DNA of 64,000 bases. It comes from Octopus bimaculoides. Its lineage: Eukaryota. Position 1 is the stretch's first letter, and the number at the start of each line of letters is the position of its first letter. The notes under the pieces were generated by a model. It searched no databases and was not told where the DNA came from. It worked only from the letters and a program-made list of their open reading frames with translations. The stretch spans positions 188,978,250 through 189,042,249 of the forward strand of contig NC_068981.1 of NCBI RefSeq assembly GCF_001194135.2, in the 5' to 3' direction. Below are positions 13,441-25,040 of the stretch, piece after piece. Both the position numbers and the translations under genes were made by a program.

Positions 13441-13889
13441 AGAGCTGCCTATCTAAGCAAAGGACAAAAGTAATGTTAAAAGAGAGTTAGTGGTAAAAAC
13501 TGGAAAGCTTAACTCACACATTTGAGTCTTTCACCCAGTATGTCTCAGTTATGTTTTACATCTGTTGCCACCTTGATACCTTCTATATAGGTCATCATCT
13601 TCTCTATTCACTCTACTATGTCATCATTGTTACTAAGGACAGTAGTAGATCCTTTTTATTCTTTGTACTTAGCTGCCCCTGTAATGAAGAATAGTATTGG
13701 ACCCTTTTTCAATTCTTCCTATTGCCATCCTGATCACTCTAACATTACCCACTCTGTATTGTTACTGATCACCCTCTCTTCAAAGGGCTCCTTTTTATTT
13801 ACATCCATCACTCACTTTTACCATTGTCCACTTTCATTACTATCTATCACTCTCTCAAGTACTGCCTCATCCCATTTCTTCTGTTTCTA

Positions 13890-14269
13890 TACTCTTTTAC
13901 TTGTTTCAGTCATTTGACTGTGCCCATGCTGGAGCACCACCTTTAGTCGAGCAAATCGACCCCGGGACTTATTCTTTGTAAGCCTAGTACTTATTCTATC
14001 AGTCACTTTTGCCGAACCGCTAAGTTACAGGGATGTAAACACACGAGCATCGGTTGTTAAGCAATGTTGGGAGGACAAGCACAGACACACAAACATATAC
14101 ACACACATACACATATACATGCATATATACAACGGGCTTCTTTCAGTTTCCGTCAACCAAATTCACTCACAAGGCTTTGGTCGGCCCGAGGCTATAGTAG
14201 AAGGTGTCACACAGTGGGACTGAACCCGGAACCATGTGGTTTGTAAGCAAGCTACTTACCACATAGCCA
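13890..14269 (-). mobile_element. SINE family A, full length
   Basis: Collinear with the other family A copies. Confidence 0.9.
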
Positions 14270-16015
14270 ATAATGTTTCGTTCACCAACCCAACCTGATT
14301 CTTCTTTTCACTGTCTCATCTATTCACTTTCTCAGTCGTGTTGTTTTGCTCATGCAAATATATCATGAAGCAGTGAGGACTTTCTGGCCTTACAAGATGC
14401 AAGGCAACCTCACTAATGCTGGTGGCACAATAAAATACACTTGGTAGGCTCTGAAATGTAAATGGCAAATAAGCAAAGATAGTGTAGAGATGGGAGGACT
14501 CTGTAGTGTTGCTGATGTCATGTCAACCACTTTAGAGTTGGTACCACAGTAAAATATAAACAGTTCATTCTGTAATTGGTTGATGATAAAATAAAGATAT
14601 ATATATATAGCTCTGAGTGAGTATGGAGTTGAAAGCCAAACAATACATTTAATAAAAACAGTTTATTATTTTTATCTTTTTTTCTGAATTATCAATCTAA
14701 AAGATCCTTTTCAAAGATAGCACTACATAAAGGAATACAGAGAGGGAATACAAAGAACAAAATGAAACAGACAGTCAGGCATCTTGTCTATTTTTTTGAA
14801 AGCCCTGAGGGTGGCCTAATATGTAGTTCAAAACAGCAGTCATGGCAACATGTAGAAGTTTTCTGCCAATTAGATGGCAAATTTGTCTTGTTTGTCACTG
14901 GTAGCAAAAGCAATTGCTTCAGTAAACAAATACAATGTAACTCGAATTCATCTGGTTTGATACAGTTAGTTTATAGCAGACAGTCTATAGAGATATATTT
15001 GAAGCATTGTGACAAGTAACATTTAGATAAATTAAGAAGCCAAACAAGGATCCTTGTGGTTTGAGTCACTGCATGTCGATATCTTTAAAAATATTTTTTT
15101 TTAATGTAGCATATAGATGTAATTTGTGATGCAGAATCCGAAGGCTAGAGATGGGAGCGATGCCCTTCTTTGCAAATTGCTATACAGACACAAAGTGTGT
15201 GTCGATAGCCAGCTGGCAAAGATGTTTCCTGGGGCTAAAACAACAATAACATTGTTCTTTATAGCACTGCCACATTCTGTTGGCATATAAACATAACAAT
15301 CTGAATTTGTTATTCATTTATTCCAGAAAAATTTTGCGAAAATGTTACAGGTGTTCAAAGTTTGATAATTTTCGGAATTTTCAGCCAATCAGAAAACAGT
15401 GCATTTGCTGCTTCTTCCATCATCTGTCACAGTAGCGAGAAGTGGAGGGCGGGGCACTGGCATGTCAAAGCATTAGAAATAACAGTGAAAAATGTTAAAA
15501 CATACGCGAGCAATTTAAATATTTAAAAGCTACTGCGATGAAAACAAACAATTATGGAACACATGGTAGTTACACTCCTTGTGTGCATGCACAGCATCTT
15601 TGGTTACTATGGAAACAGAGTTCTTTGCAAACAGTTATGGAACACATGGTGGTTGCACTCCTTGGTTACTATAGAAACAGAGTTCTTGGCTTACTATGCT
15701 AACAGAACTTCAAGGTGATGTGTAAAATACTTGCTTCTGATTAGCTAAAATACCCAAATTTTGCAAACTTTAAGGGCTAATAACTTTTTAACTATAAATT
15801 TATAGGAAAAATGATTTTCCGTTCCATGATAAGTATACAAAACTTAATCCATATACCAAATTTAAAAACAACTGGAACAAAATTGGAGATGGTGATTCAA
15901 ACCACATAGATCCCCAAACAATGCAAATTAAAGAAAAAGGCATTAGTTTGATTATCTTTTCTGAAATTGTCTATCTTCAAGATCCTTTTTCAAACAGTAT
16001 ACATATATATATATA

Positions 16016-16682
16016 TAAAATTAACAGAATGAGGTAAAAATCCAAGGCTGTGAAAGATTTCAGAACATTTATAAAGAGAAGGTCTTACAGCTGTTTCCGG
16101 GATATTTTACACATCCCTTCATCAGAGACGGTGCGAGAAAACGGTTAAGCAATAGTTATTGTAGAGAAGATATGAAAAAGAGAGTGAAGTGGAATAATGA
16201 AAACAGATGTTATTGAATCAAGGATTTTTTTGAAGTGACTTAAAAGTTGAGAATGTGTTTGTAAGGTCAAATAAAAATCAGTTTTTTATTTGACCTTACA
16301 AATACATTCCCAACTTTTAAGTTACTTAGAAAAAAAACCCTTGATTCAATAACACCGTGTATAAACTATGCTTGGAATGACCAATTTTAAATACTATTGG
16401 AACTTACACATAAGGTACAGGAATCTTATATGCATACCATTCCGCTTAAATAATGGAACTGCAGATACAATGTCCCTGCATATCTCACATCTGTTTTCAT
16501 TCCTCAACTTCACTCCCTACTTCATATCTTATCTAGAATAACTATTGCTAAACCGTTTTCTTGCACCGTCTCCAATAAAGGGATATATAAAATATCCTGG
16601 AAACAGCTGTAAGGCCTTCTATTTATAAATGTTCTGAAATCTTTCATAGCCTTGGATTTTTATCTCATTCTGTTAATTTTTT
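16016..16682. repeat. Nested inverted repeat (outer arms about 195 bp, inner palindrome about 70-bp arms)
   Basis: 16016-16210 vs 16487-16682; inner 16208-16354 centred on 16278-16282; the outer unit also occurs at 10290-10620. Confidence 0.93.
16082..16129 (-). ncRNA. Minimal hammerhead motif, family 4
   Basis: GUCU-CUGAUGA-A-GGGAUGU(GUAAA)AUAUCCC-G-GAAA-CAGCUG-UA-AGAC; palindromic ACAGCUGU stem III; core-mutated copies at 16568-16615 (+) and 10354-10401 (-). Confidence 0.65.
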
Positions 16683-16836
16683 ATATATACACATGCTAAT
16701 ATATGATCTACGTTGGACTCCTCATTCGCATAATCACCAAACCTGGAGCTTAACTATAGTCTGTCCATAGCATTTACTCAGCATTACCTGACACCTTTGG
16801 GTCTTCTTGACACCATTACCTCTCATAACCTATATA

Positions 16837-17338
16837 NNNNNNNNNNNNNNNNNNNNNNNNNNNNNNNNNNNNNNNNNNNNNNNNNNNNNNNNNNNNNNNN
16901 NNNNNNNNNNNNNNNNNNNNNNNNNNNNNNNNNNNNNNNNNNNNNNNNNNNNNNNNNNNNNNNNNNNNNNNNNNNNNNNNNNNNNNNNNNNNNNNNNNNN
17001 NNNNNNNNNNNNNNNNNNNNNNNNNNNNNNNNNNNNNNNNNNNNNNNNNNNNNNNNNNNNNNNNNNNNNNNNNNNNNNNNNNNNNNNNNNNNNNNNNNNN
17101 NNNNNNNNNNNNNNNNNNNNNNNNNNNNNNNNNNNNNNNNNNNNNNNNNNNNNNNNNNNNNNNNNNNNNNNNNNNNNNNNNNNNNNNNNNNNNNNNNNNN
17201 NNNNNNNNNNNNNNNNNNNNNNNNNNNNNNNNNNNNNNNNNNNNNNNNNNNNNNNNNNNNNNNNNNNNNNNNNNNNNNNNNNNNNNNNNNNNNNNNNNNN
17301 NNNNNNNNNNNNNNNNNNNNNNNNNNNNNNNNNNNNNN
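16837..17338. other. Assembly gap (502 N)
   Basis: N-run; other gaps at 33683-33817, 42996-43095, 43365-43374, 60186-60243 and 63288-63336. Confidence 0.99.
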
Positions 17339-17420
17339 GTGTCTCACCTTGCTAACTATCAGCCATTTTGGCTGATAGTTAGCAAGGTGAGACACACATA
17401 AGAAAGAAGAAGGAAACAAA

Positions 17421-17465
17421 GGACCACTGATGAGGTCACAGAAGTGTGACGAAAGAACTCTGGCC
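17421..17465 (+). ncRNA. Minimal hammerhead motif, family 2
   Basis: GGACCA-CUGAUGA-G-GUCAC(AGAAGU)GUGAC-GAAA-GAAC-UC-UGGCC, followed by an (AAGATT)n tail. Confidence 0.65.
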
Positions 17466-17978
17466 GAAATAAGATTAAGATTAAGATTAATGTAATATAA
17501 AGCTGAAAAAAAAAAAAAAAAAAAAATTAACACCAAATATACAGTGCGTGTGTTTTTATTGGCTAAACTGGCAATATGACCATCCCCAAGTACAACAACA
17601 TATATATATATATATATAGGACAAATTCTGGTTTGCATGAGTAAAATAGTGATTAGCATAACGTCACTTTATGATGGAAGAATAAGTATTACTTGCCTTC
17701 TCATGACTAGTTAATTAACCATGAAACATATCAAGGCAATCCCCTATATTTTTCTCTGTGTATAGGGAGTAACAATTGTTCACAGCAAATCCTTTGAAAC
17801 CTGAAGGTTTTACTGTCTTAGATTTTCTAATTCACATAATTTTGTGAACAACATTATATAATGATTTTTTTAATTCTTAAGTCATTTATTATCTTTACAA
17901 TTTTTATAATATTGCATAAAAACTGAAAATGCTATTTGATTTAAAAACCTCTATAATTTTCTAAATATTCTTTTGTAG

Positions 17979-18080
17979 AGAATTCCGGAGTCTGCTGATT
18001 GACATGGTCTTAGCCACTGACATGTCTTTTCATTTCCAGCAAATCAAAAACATGAAAAGTATGCTGACTTTGACAGAAGG
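17979..18080 (+). CDS. PDE1: PDE1 window exon 4
   Basis: ttgtag|A GAA...GG|gtaagc; EFRSLLIDMVLATDMSFHFQQIKNMKSMLTLTEG (ATDM motif). Confidence 0.97.
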
Positions 18081-19559
18081 GTAAGCATTTCTGATAACTG
18101 AAAATTGTTGTTTTATAAGCATGTTATATGAACTTGTATTACCATAAAGTATAAGAAGCATGCTTATCGGGCAACAACAAAAGATGTGTGAGAAGAAAGT
18201 TAAAAAGGGAACATGGGGACCACACAAAAAAAGGGATTAGTAACACAGGTAAAAAGAAAGAGGGCGAAAGGGAATATATAGTACTCCAAAGAGATAGAAA
18301 GTACAGATGCTGTGTCCAAAGAAGAGGATGCTGTTAATGTGATTGGTGCAATGAGATATTCTTTTTTATTTGTCTCAGTCATTTGACTATGGCCATGCTG
18401 GAGCACCGCTTCTAGTCAAGCAAATTTACCCCAGGACTTATTCTTTGTAAGCCTAGTACTTATTCTATCAGTTTGTGCATTAAAATTTCTCTAATGCCGA
18501 AATTTGGAACATGCCTCTCCAGGATTTTCCATATGCATATGATAGCATATCTCTCTCACTTCAGTGTTCAAGAGAGTAGAGATACTGTGCTTTCAGATGT
18601 TCCCAGTAATTAAGGCTTTTAACCAAAGTTATTTCTCTGGTGAACATTCTTTGTAACCTTTCAATTTCTTCAATGAGACTGAATGACTTAGGAGATTACT
18701 GTGAGCAGTAATCTAATCTGCTCAGAACTGGGGTTTTCCATAGAGTTAGCTTAACTACTGGTTCTCTTGTCACAAAAGTTTATAGGATCCATCCTACATC
18801 TGCATTTAAAGGTCAGCTTGATTATGTGGCTAATAAAAGATCATCATTTGACATGATTACTCCTAAGTCCCATATATCATTAGCACTTTGAATCATTGTG
18901 TTACCTTGTGTCAAATATTGTGATTTGTGTGAATTTCCTCCATAATGAAGAATCTGAAATTCTGATAGTCATCTAGTTTTTGTTTGTAACGTAATTTTTT
19001 CATGCTAATTTTGGTAGTATTGTTAGTTACTAAGGATAATGTCTCATGAGTCACCAAAAATTGCATTCAATACACACAACTCCTCTAGGTCTTTATACTC
19101 TTCCCACACCTCCATTGTTAGTAAACATGATTCATTTGTTATTCTAAACTATTTACATGAGTCTCCTCTCTAAGCCATATCCTTTCCCACAGTAATCACC
19201 CTCTAAACATTCAACTTCTTTTTTTTTCACCTCTGAATCTAGTCATCATTATCTTGTAAGTATTGAATCAACTGATTATTTCTTTAGACAACTCACATCA
19301 TGTGGCAGTGAGATAGTTTGTATGCTGTCACTTGACCACTTAGAATTAGTAGTCAAATTTCTCTACAATTACATACTAACATCTTAAATGAAGAAGTACA
19401 TGCTACATACTGTAGTTGTAGATACAGTGTCCACAAAATTGTGAGATATATTTAAAACCAAGACACCTTTGATGTCAGGTCCGCTTGAGATCAGGTTTGT
19501 CTAACTTAAACAACCTAGCAAAAACCAAAATCTTAGTAAGCAGGAAAGCAGATAAATCA

Positions 19560-20640
19560 CAAATCCCTCAGGTAGATGGCCCTGCTCAATCTATGGGAAA
19601 GGTGTAGGGAGAAATTCCATAAGATGTACCTGGTGCAGGGTATGGACACATAAGAGATGCAGCATTATCAGAAGAAGGTTAACTGGGGAAATTGTTTTTA
19701 TGTGTGGAAGGTGCAAAGGTACAACAAACACTAAAAATGTGCAGAAAATAGACTCCATCAAATTCCAGTGGGGATACCTAGTAGTTGGTAGCTTCTGTTA
19801 TCTAAGTGACTGTTATCAGTAGCAGAAGTGGGTGCTCTGAGTGTAGCTGTAAGAATAAGAATAAGCTGGGCAAAGTTCAGAGTGCTCCTACCACTGTTGG
19901 CAACAAAGGGCCTCTCCCTCAGAGTGAAAAGCAAACTGTATTATGCCTGTCTGTAAACAGCTATGCTACTCAGCAGTGAATCACGGACTGTGACTGCGAA
20001 GGACATGTGTAGGCTTGTAAGAAATGAAGCTAGCATTCCTCGCTGGATGTGCAATGTCAGTGTGCATATACAACAGAGGGTAAGCATCTTGAGAGAAAAT
20101 AAGAGGCATCAGACTTAGTGTGCAAGATAGACGACTGTGTTGGTATAGTCATGTGATGCATATGCACGAGGACAGCTGTGTAAAGTGCTGATCTCTAACT
20201 GTGGAGGGAACCTGTGGAAGAGGTAGACCAAAGAAGACATGGGATAAGGTGGTGAAGCATGACCTTTGAACGTTGGGCCTCATGAAGGCAATGACTGGTG
20301 ACTGGGACCTTTGGTGATATGCTGTGCTTGAGAAGACCCATCAAACCAAGTAAAATCATAGTTGTGGCTGATGCCGGTGTCATGCAACTGACACCTGTGC
20401 CAGTGGTACATAAAGAGCACCTTTTGAGCATTGGGCCTCATGGAGGCAACATGGCCGATGCCGGTGTCATGTAACTAGCACCTGTACTGGTGGCACAAAA
20501 AAAGCACCCATTACACTCTGGTTAGCATTAAGAAGGGCATCGAACTGTAGAAACCTTGCCAAATCAGACTGGAGACTAGTCCTCAGTCAAACTGTCCAAC
20601 CCATGCCAGCATGAAAAGTGGACGTTAAACGATGATGATG
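19560..20640 (+). mobile_element. 5'-truncated RTE LINE (ORF2 C-terminus, 3' UTR and GAT tail)
   Basis: RVLLPLLATKGLSLRVKSKLYYACL..AMLLSSESRTVTAKDMCRLVRNEASIPRWMCNVSV...EGTCGRGRPKKTWDKVVKHDL; ends CGATGATGATG. Confidence 0.88.
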
Positions 20641-22243
20641 GTGAAACAGCCAACTTCACAAAAGCCATCAAGAGAGTCTAATAAAAAGACTGCCAAGACT
20701 TCCCTAAATCAGACTCTATTTTGAAAAAACAAAAATACATGGACACATTGAATAATGGAGACCTAGATACATTGTATCTGAAGAATTACAGGCTGGTTAG
20801 GCTGGGACATCTTTGATCTCACCAATCAGCACAAACCTAGGGTTAAGCGTCAACAATCCTCTTACAGTAACTCATTTCCCTGTATCACTCAGTTAACTAG
20901 TTAGAGTTCTACCGTTCTGCACTATTTATCAGCAAATATACTTCACCTCTGACCCATCCAAAAATAACACATCATGTGACTGAAGGCATCGACCACATTC
21001 GGATGATGCTTTTTATGTGCCACTGGAATGGGAGCCAGTCAAGGAACACTGGCCACAGCTATGATTTTGGTTTTACTTGACTCAACAGGTCTTCTCAAGC
21101 ATATCATATCGCCTGATGCATCAAGGGTACTCTTAAGTGGGCTGGATATGCAGTAGGTAGAAGCTGGTTGAGAACTACTGGTTTAGTAGATGATGAAAAT
21201 ATTATGCATAAACGAGAGCTGTTGAGAGTATATTTAGAATAGATAAGTATCTGATATTGTATTTGAAATGTGCTCCACAATATTCAGTTCTCAATCTACC
21301 CAAATCCAGCCTTCAAATATCAATACAAGACAAGGAGTAATTGATAAGGTTTTTCTTTCCCTTTCAGTAAGTGAAACTCTCATTTCGGAAGTTACATAAT
21401 AAATGCAAAATTATGCAATTTGAAAGTAATAAGTAACTGAATTACAAAATTGCATTCAATCTGAGAGATGAGGTATGTTCAGGACTTCTTTCATTTAAGA
21501 AGCAAAAAAGAGAAGCTGTTTTCTTAGTTTAGAAGAAAATCAATACAGTTGATACAATGCAACTAATATTGAATAGATGCATTTTTTTAGTTTACTTACA
21601 TTAAACCACTTCCTTCAATGTGTTGTGTTCTATCGCAAATTCATGTCTTGGTGATCTAGATATTAAAAAATACAGAGAATATTTTTGCCTTTGTTGATCA
21701 TAAGAGATTATTTGTCCTTCTTATTGGATTCTATAATGTACACATAAGAAGCATTGTGCTGTTTGATGACATTTCTGAGATAAGTTATTACTAGGCAAGT
21801 TTATTGACCACACTATACATTATTATGATTTTTATATATATTTTTTCAACCTCTATTTTGATTATACTGATAATTTTCAATGGCATTTTTATTCACAAGC
21901 ACACACACATCATGGTTTGGTTGTGTCTCTCAGGAGTTGAAATTGCTTTTTATCTATAGTTTGTTGCATGGCAGCAATAGCGTGCAGTTTGTAATCAATA
22001 TCAGAGCCCAGACCCTTTGACAAGGCTGACTCTATTCTAAGGCTTAATATTAGAATAGATCTCATGTTAACCCTTATGTAACAGGAGAAGCTTACAAAAT
22101 GTATTAACTATACAGGGATCTACATAACCCTCAGCTATCTAGATCCATATACTTAATGAGGTTATCTACAGGAATAGATCCGGTTAATTACAGATTTGGG
22201 AATAAGAATTTTGGTTATATATATGTGTGTATGTGTATGTGTA

Positions 22244-22278
<35 letters not shown>

Positions 22279-23990
22279 GTGTGTGTGTGTGTGCAGATAG
22301 TGACTCAAGGTAGACGTGACCATTTGTGTATATTTATTATAGTGTAATTACTGTTGTCACTGGAAAGTATATAAAATATGATCCAGTTAATACATATATA
22401 CTGATTCAGTAAAACAGGTATTTAGTAAATAGCTATTGTGATATGAAAATGAAGACTGGTAATTGGTTTCAATGTTTGTAATTGATAGCAAAACATCTCG
22501 GCTGATGTAGTTCTGATCCTAAGAGATTTAGTACTGATAGTGGTGAGGTAGCAGCTGCCAATATGCCATTTTGTAGACTTATCCTCACATACAATGATTA
22601 ATTTTATTACATTAGTTTGTCAGGAAAAACAGAGCCTAAGGTCAAAGAACCATTTGCTGAAATAGAGAGTAGGATTATTTGATTATCAGTGAAGACAGAA
22701 ATAAGTTGATAAGGTTGGTATAGTTAATTATCAGTCAAGGCAGAAGTAAGTTAATAATGTGTCATATAATTTTCTTTAATGGACAAAAAAGATGTATATG
22801 GGTGAGAAGCTGTGCTTAGAGCTACATGACTGAAACTAAGTGTTTTTCTGTACTCTATTGTACTTAATACAGCAATGAACCAAAAACAAACCATTTAATC
22901 CCCCCGCTTTTTTTTTTTTTACTTTAAGCATATTTGATTGAAAGATGGAGGTAAAAACAAAAGAGATCAAAGAATCACAATACACATTTCTAAAGAGGAA
23001 AACGATTTGACAAAATGATCTTGGTTTAGTATTAAGTTAAGTATGGCTGTGAGTATAAGATGGAGTATGAGAGAATGTTTTGCAGGTATGTTTAACACAA
23101 AGTTGAAAACATGCAAAGAAGTGGTCAAGACATTACTGTAGAGACAGTATGAATGTCAAGCTTAGAATTGCTGGTTTGGATGCTTGAGAGAGATGGGCAT
23201 TTCTTGACATAGGACAAGTATTGTACCAAGTGCTCACACAAAGGTCATGACAAACTTCAAAACTAGATTGTCACTTTTCAGAATACTTTGTCTTTTATTG
23301 AAATTTCCCATTTATTTCCTTCAATGCTTTTGGCAGTAATATTGCACTTCAGCATGTCTTTGAAATGGAGCTTTTGAAGCCAAAACTAAGTACAAATGCT
23401 AACTTACCACAGACAATATTTTAAAAAAATAATCATCAGACATGAAGTATACCATAATGAAGCAGCTAATGTTGATAAAATGTCAGTAATTGAACAATGC
23501 TAAAGCAAGTTTAATGCAAAAAAAGAAACTTTCTTCAATAGAATATCAAGTATTACAAATTAATATAAAAATGTAACCAAATATCAGGGTATTTCAGTGA
23601 AATATTTCTCAAATACCAATGTGGTTGGGTGAGATTTTATTAAAAGCAACAGTATTTAGAATGTATACATATATCATGATCATCATTTAACATCTGTTGT
23701 CTATGCCGGAAAGGGCTGGATGGTATGTATCTGTCAAATAAATGAGAATGGAGTGCTCAAAACATGTTGTAGAAGATATGGTTTTTATTACAACTGAGAG
23801 TGAGACATTTTCTTGTGACTAAAGTTCAACTCTATTGTGATTCCATCTGAAGATCACAGTGGCATGAAACTCAGGTAGTAAGACACCTTTGAGTTTCAAT
23901 AAAAATTATATGCATATAATATATATATATATATATATTTATATATACATTTATTTATTACAAAATGTTTCTAAATAATTATCTTTACAG

Positions 23991-24111
23991 CATTGAAAAA
24001 TCTAAAGCCCTATCGCTTGTGTTGCACTGTGCTGACATCAGCCATCCAGCCAAAGAATGGTGTATGCATAAGAAATGGACAGATTTGCTTCTTGAAGAAT
24101 TCTTTAGGCAG
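23991..24111 (+). CDS. PDE1: PDE1 window exon 5
   Basis: tttacag|C ATT...CAG|gtaagt; IEKSKALSLVLHCADISHPAKEWCMHKKWTDLLLEEFFRQ; metal-ligand Asp in HCAD, and the DISHPAK His characteristic of PDE1. Confidence 0.97.
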
Positions 24112-24200
24112 GTAAGTATCATAAAGACAAAGTGTTCAATTTCCATATACCAATGAACCAAATTTCTAAAATTTAACATTATTTGTTTTTTTCTATCCAG

Positions 24201-24282
24201 GGTGACAGAGAAAAAGAACTAGGTCTGCCATTTTCCCCACTCTGTGATCGAAAAGCTACACTAGTTGCAGAATCCCAAATTG
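24201..24282 (+). CDS. PDE1: PDE1 window exon 6
   Basis: atccag|GGT...G|gttagt; GDREKELGLPFSPLCDRKATLVAESQIG with the invariant purine-binding Gln; preceded by an 89-bp intron. Confidence 0.97.
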
Positions 24283-24454
24283 GTTAGTTTATACTATATT
24301 TAAATTTAACATCTGTGAATTAACATTTTACAATATCCATAACAATAAAAGGATGTATTAAATGTATTAGTGATGAATATTTAAAATTAATGTTAACTAT
24401 ATATATATATATGTGTATGTGTGTATAAAATGTTTATAACTATTCTTCCTACAG

Positions 24455-24667
24455 GATTTATAGAGTTCATTGTTGACCCAAGTTTTACAGTTATGGGTGA
24501 TGTCTTACAAAAGATAATATATCAAGTGAATCAGTCTATATATGCATGTACTCCAGCAAAAGTAGATGAAGTTATTTCAGAGGAAGTTTTTGAAAGAGCA
24601 GATTCTGTGAGCCCACGTTTAGAAAATATTAGCAATAACAGCCGTCCGAGTGCTAAACAATCAAGTG
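24455..24667 (+). CDS. PDE1: PDE1 window exon 7
   Basis: cctacag|GA TTT...G|gtatgt; FIEFIVDPSFTVMGDVLQKII followed by a low-conservation linker ending RPSAKQSSG. Confidence 0.94.
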
Positions 24668-24764
24668 GTATGTATATAATTTGTTTATTTCATTAGTTTG
24701 TTTCAAATTCTTCTAAAACACTGCAGATGATCAGCTACATTAATAAATTTCCAACAGTCATCAT

Positions 24765-25040
24765 CATTATTATTTAACGTCCACTTTCCATGCTGGCATG
24801 GGTTAGACGATTTGATTGAGGACTGGTGAGCCAGAAGGCTGCACCAGCCTCCAATCTGATCTGGCAAAGTTTCTACAGCTGGACGCCCTTCCTAATGCCA
24901 AACCACTCTGAGAGTGTAGTGGGTGCTTTTACGTGCCACTGGCATGAGGACCAGTCAGGCGGTACTGGCAATGACCATGCTCAAAGAGCGTTTTTTATGT
25001 ACCACCTGCATGAGAGCCAGTCCAGTGGCACTGGCATTAT
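24765..25040 (-). mobile_element. RTE-derived 3' tail repeat
   Basis: CATCATCAT...AACGTCCACTTTCCATGCTGGCATGGGTT; related pieces near 20960-21170, 26230-26380, 29800-29990, 51100-51280, 61500-61620 and 63840-63960. Confidence 0.75.
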
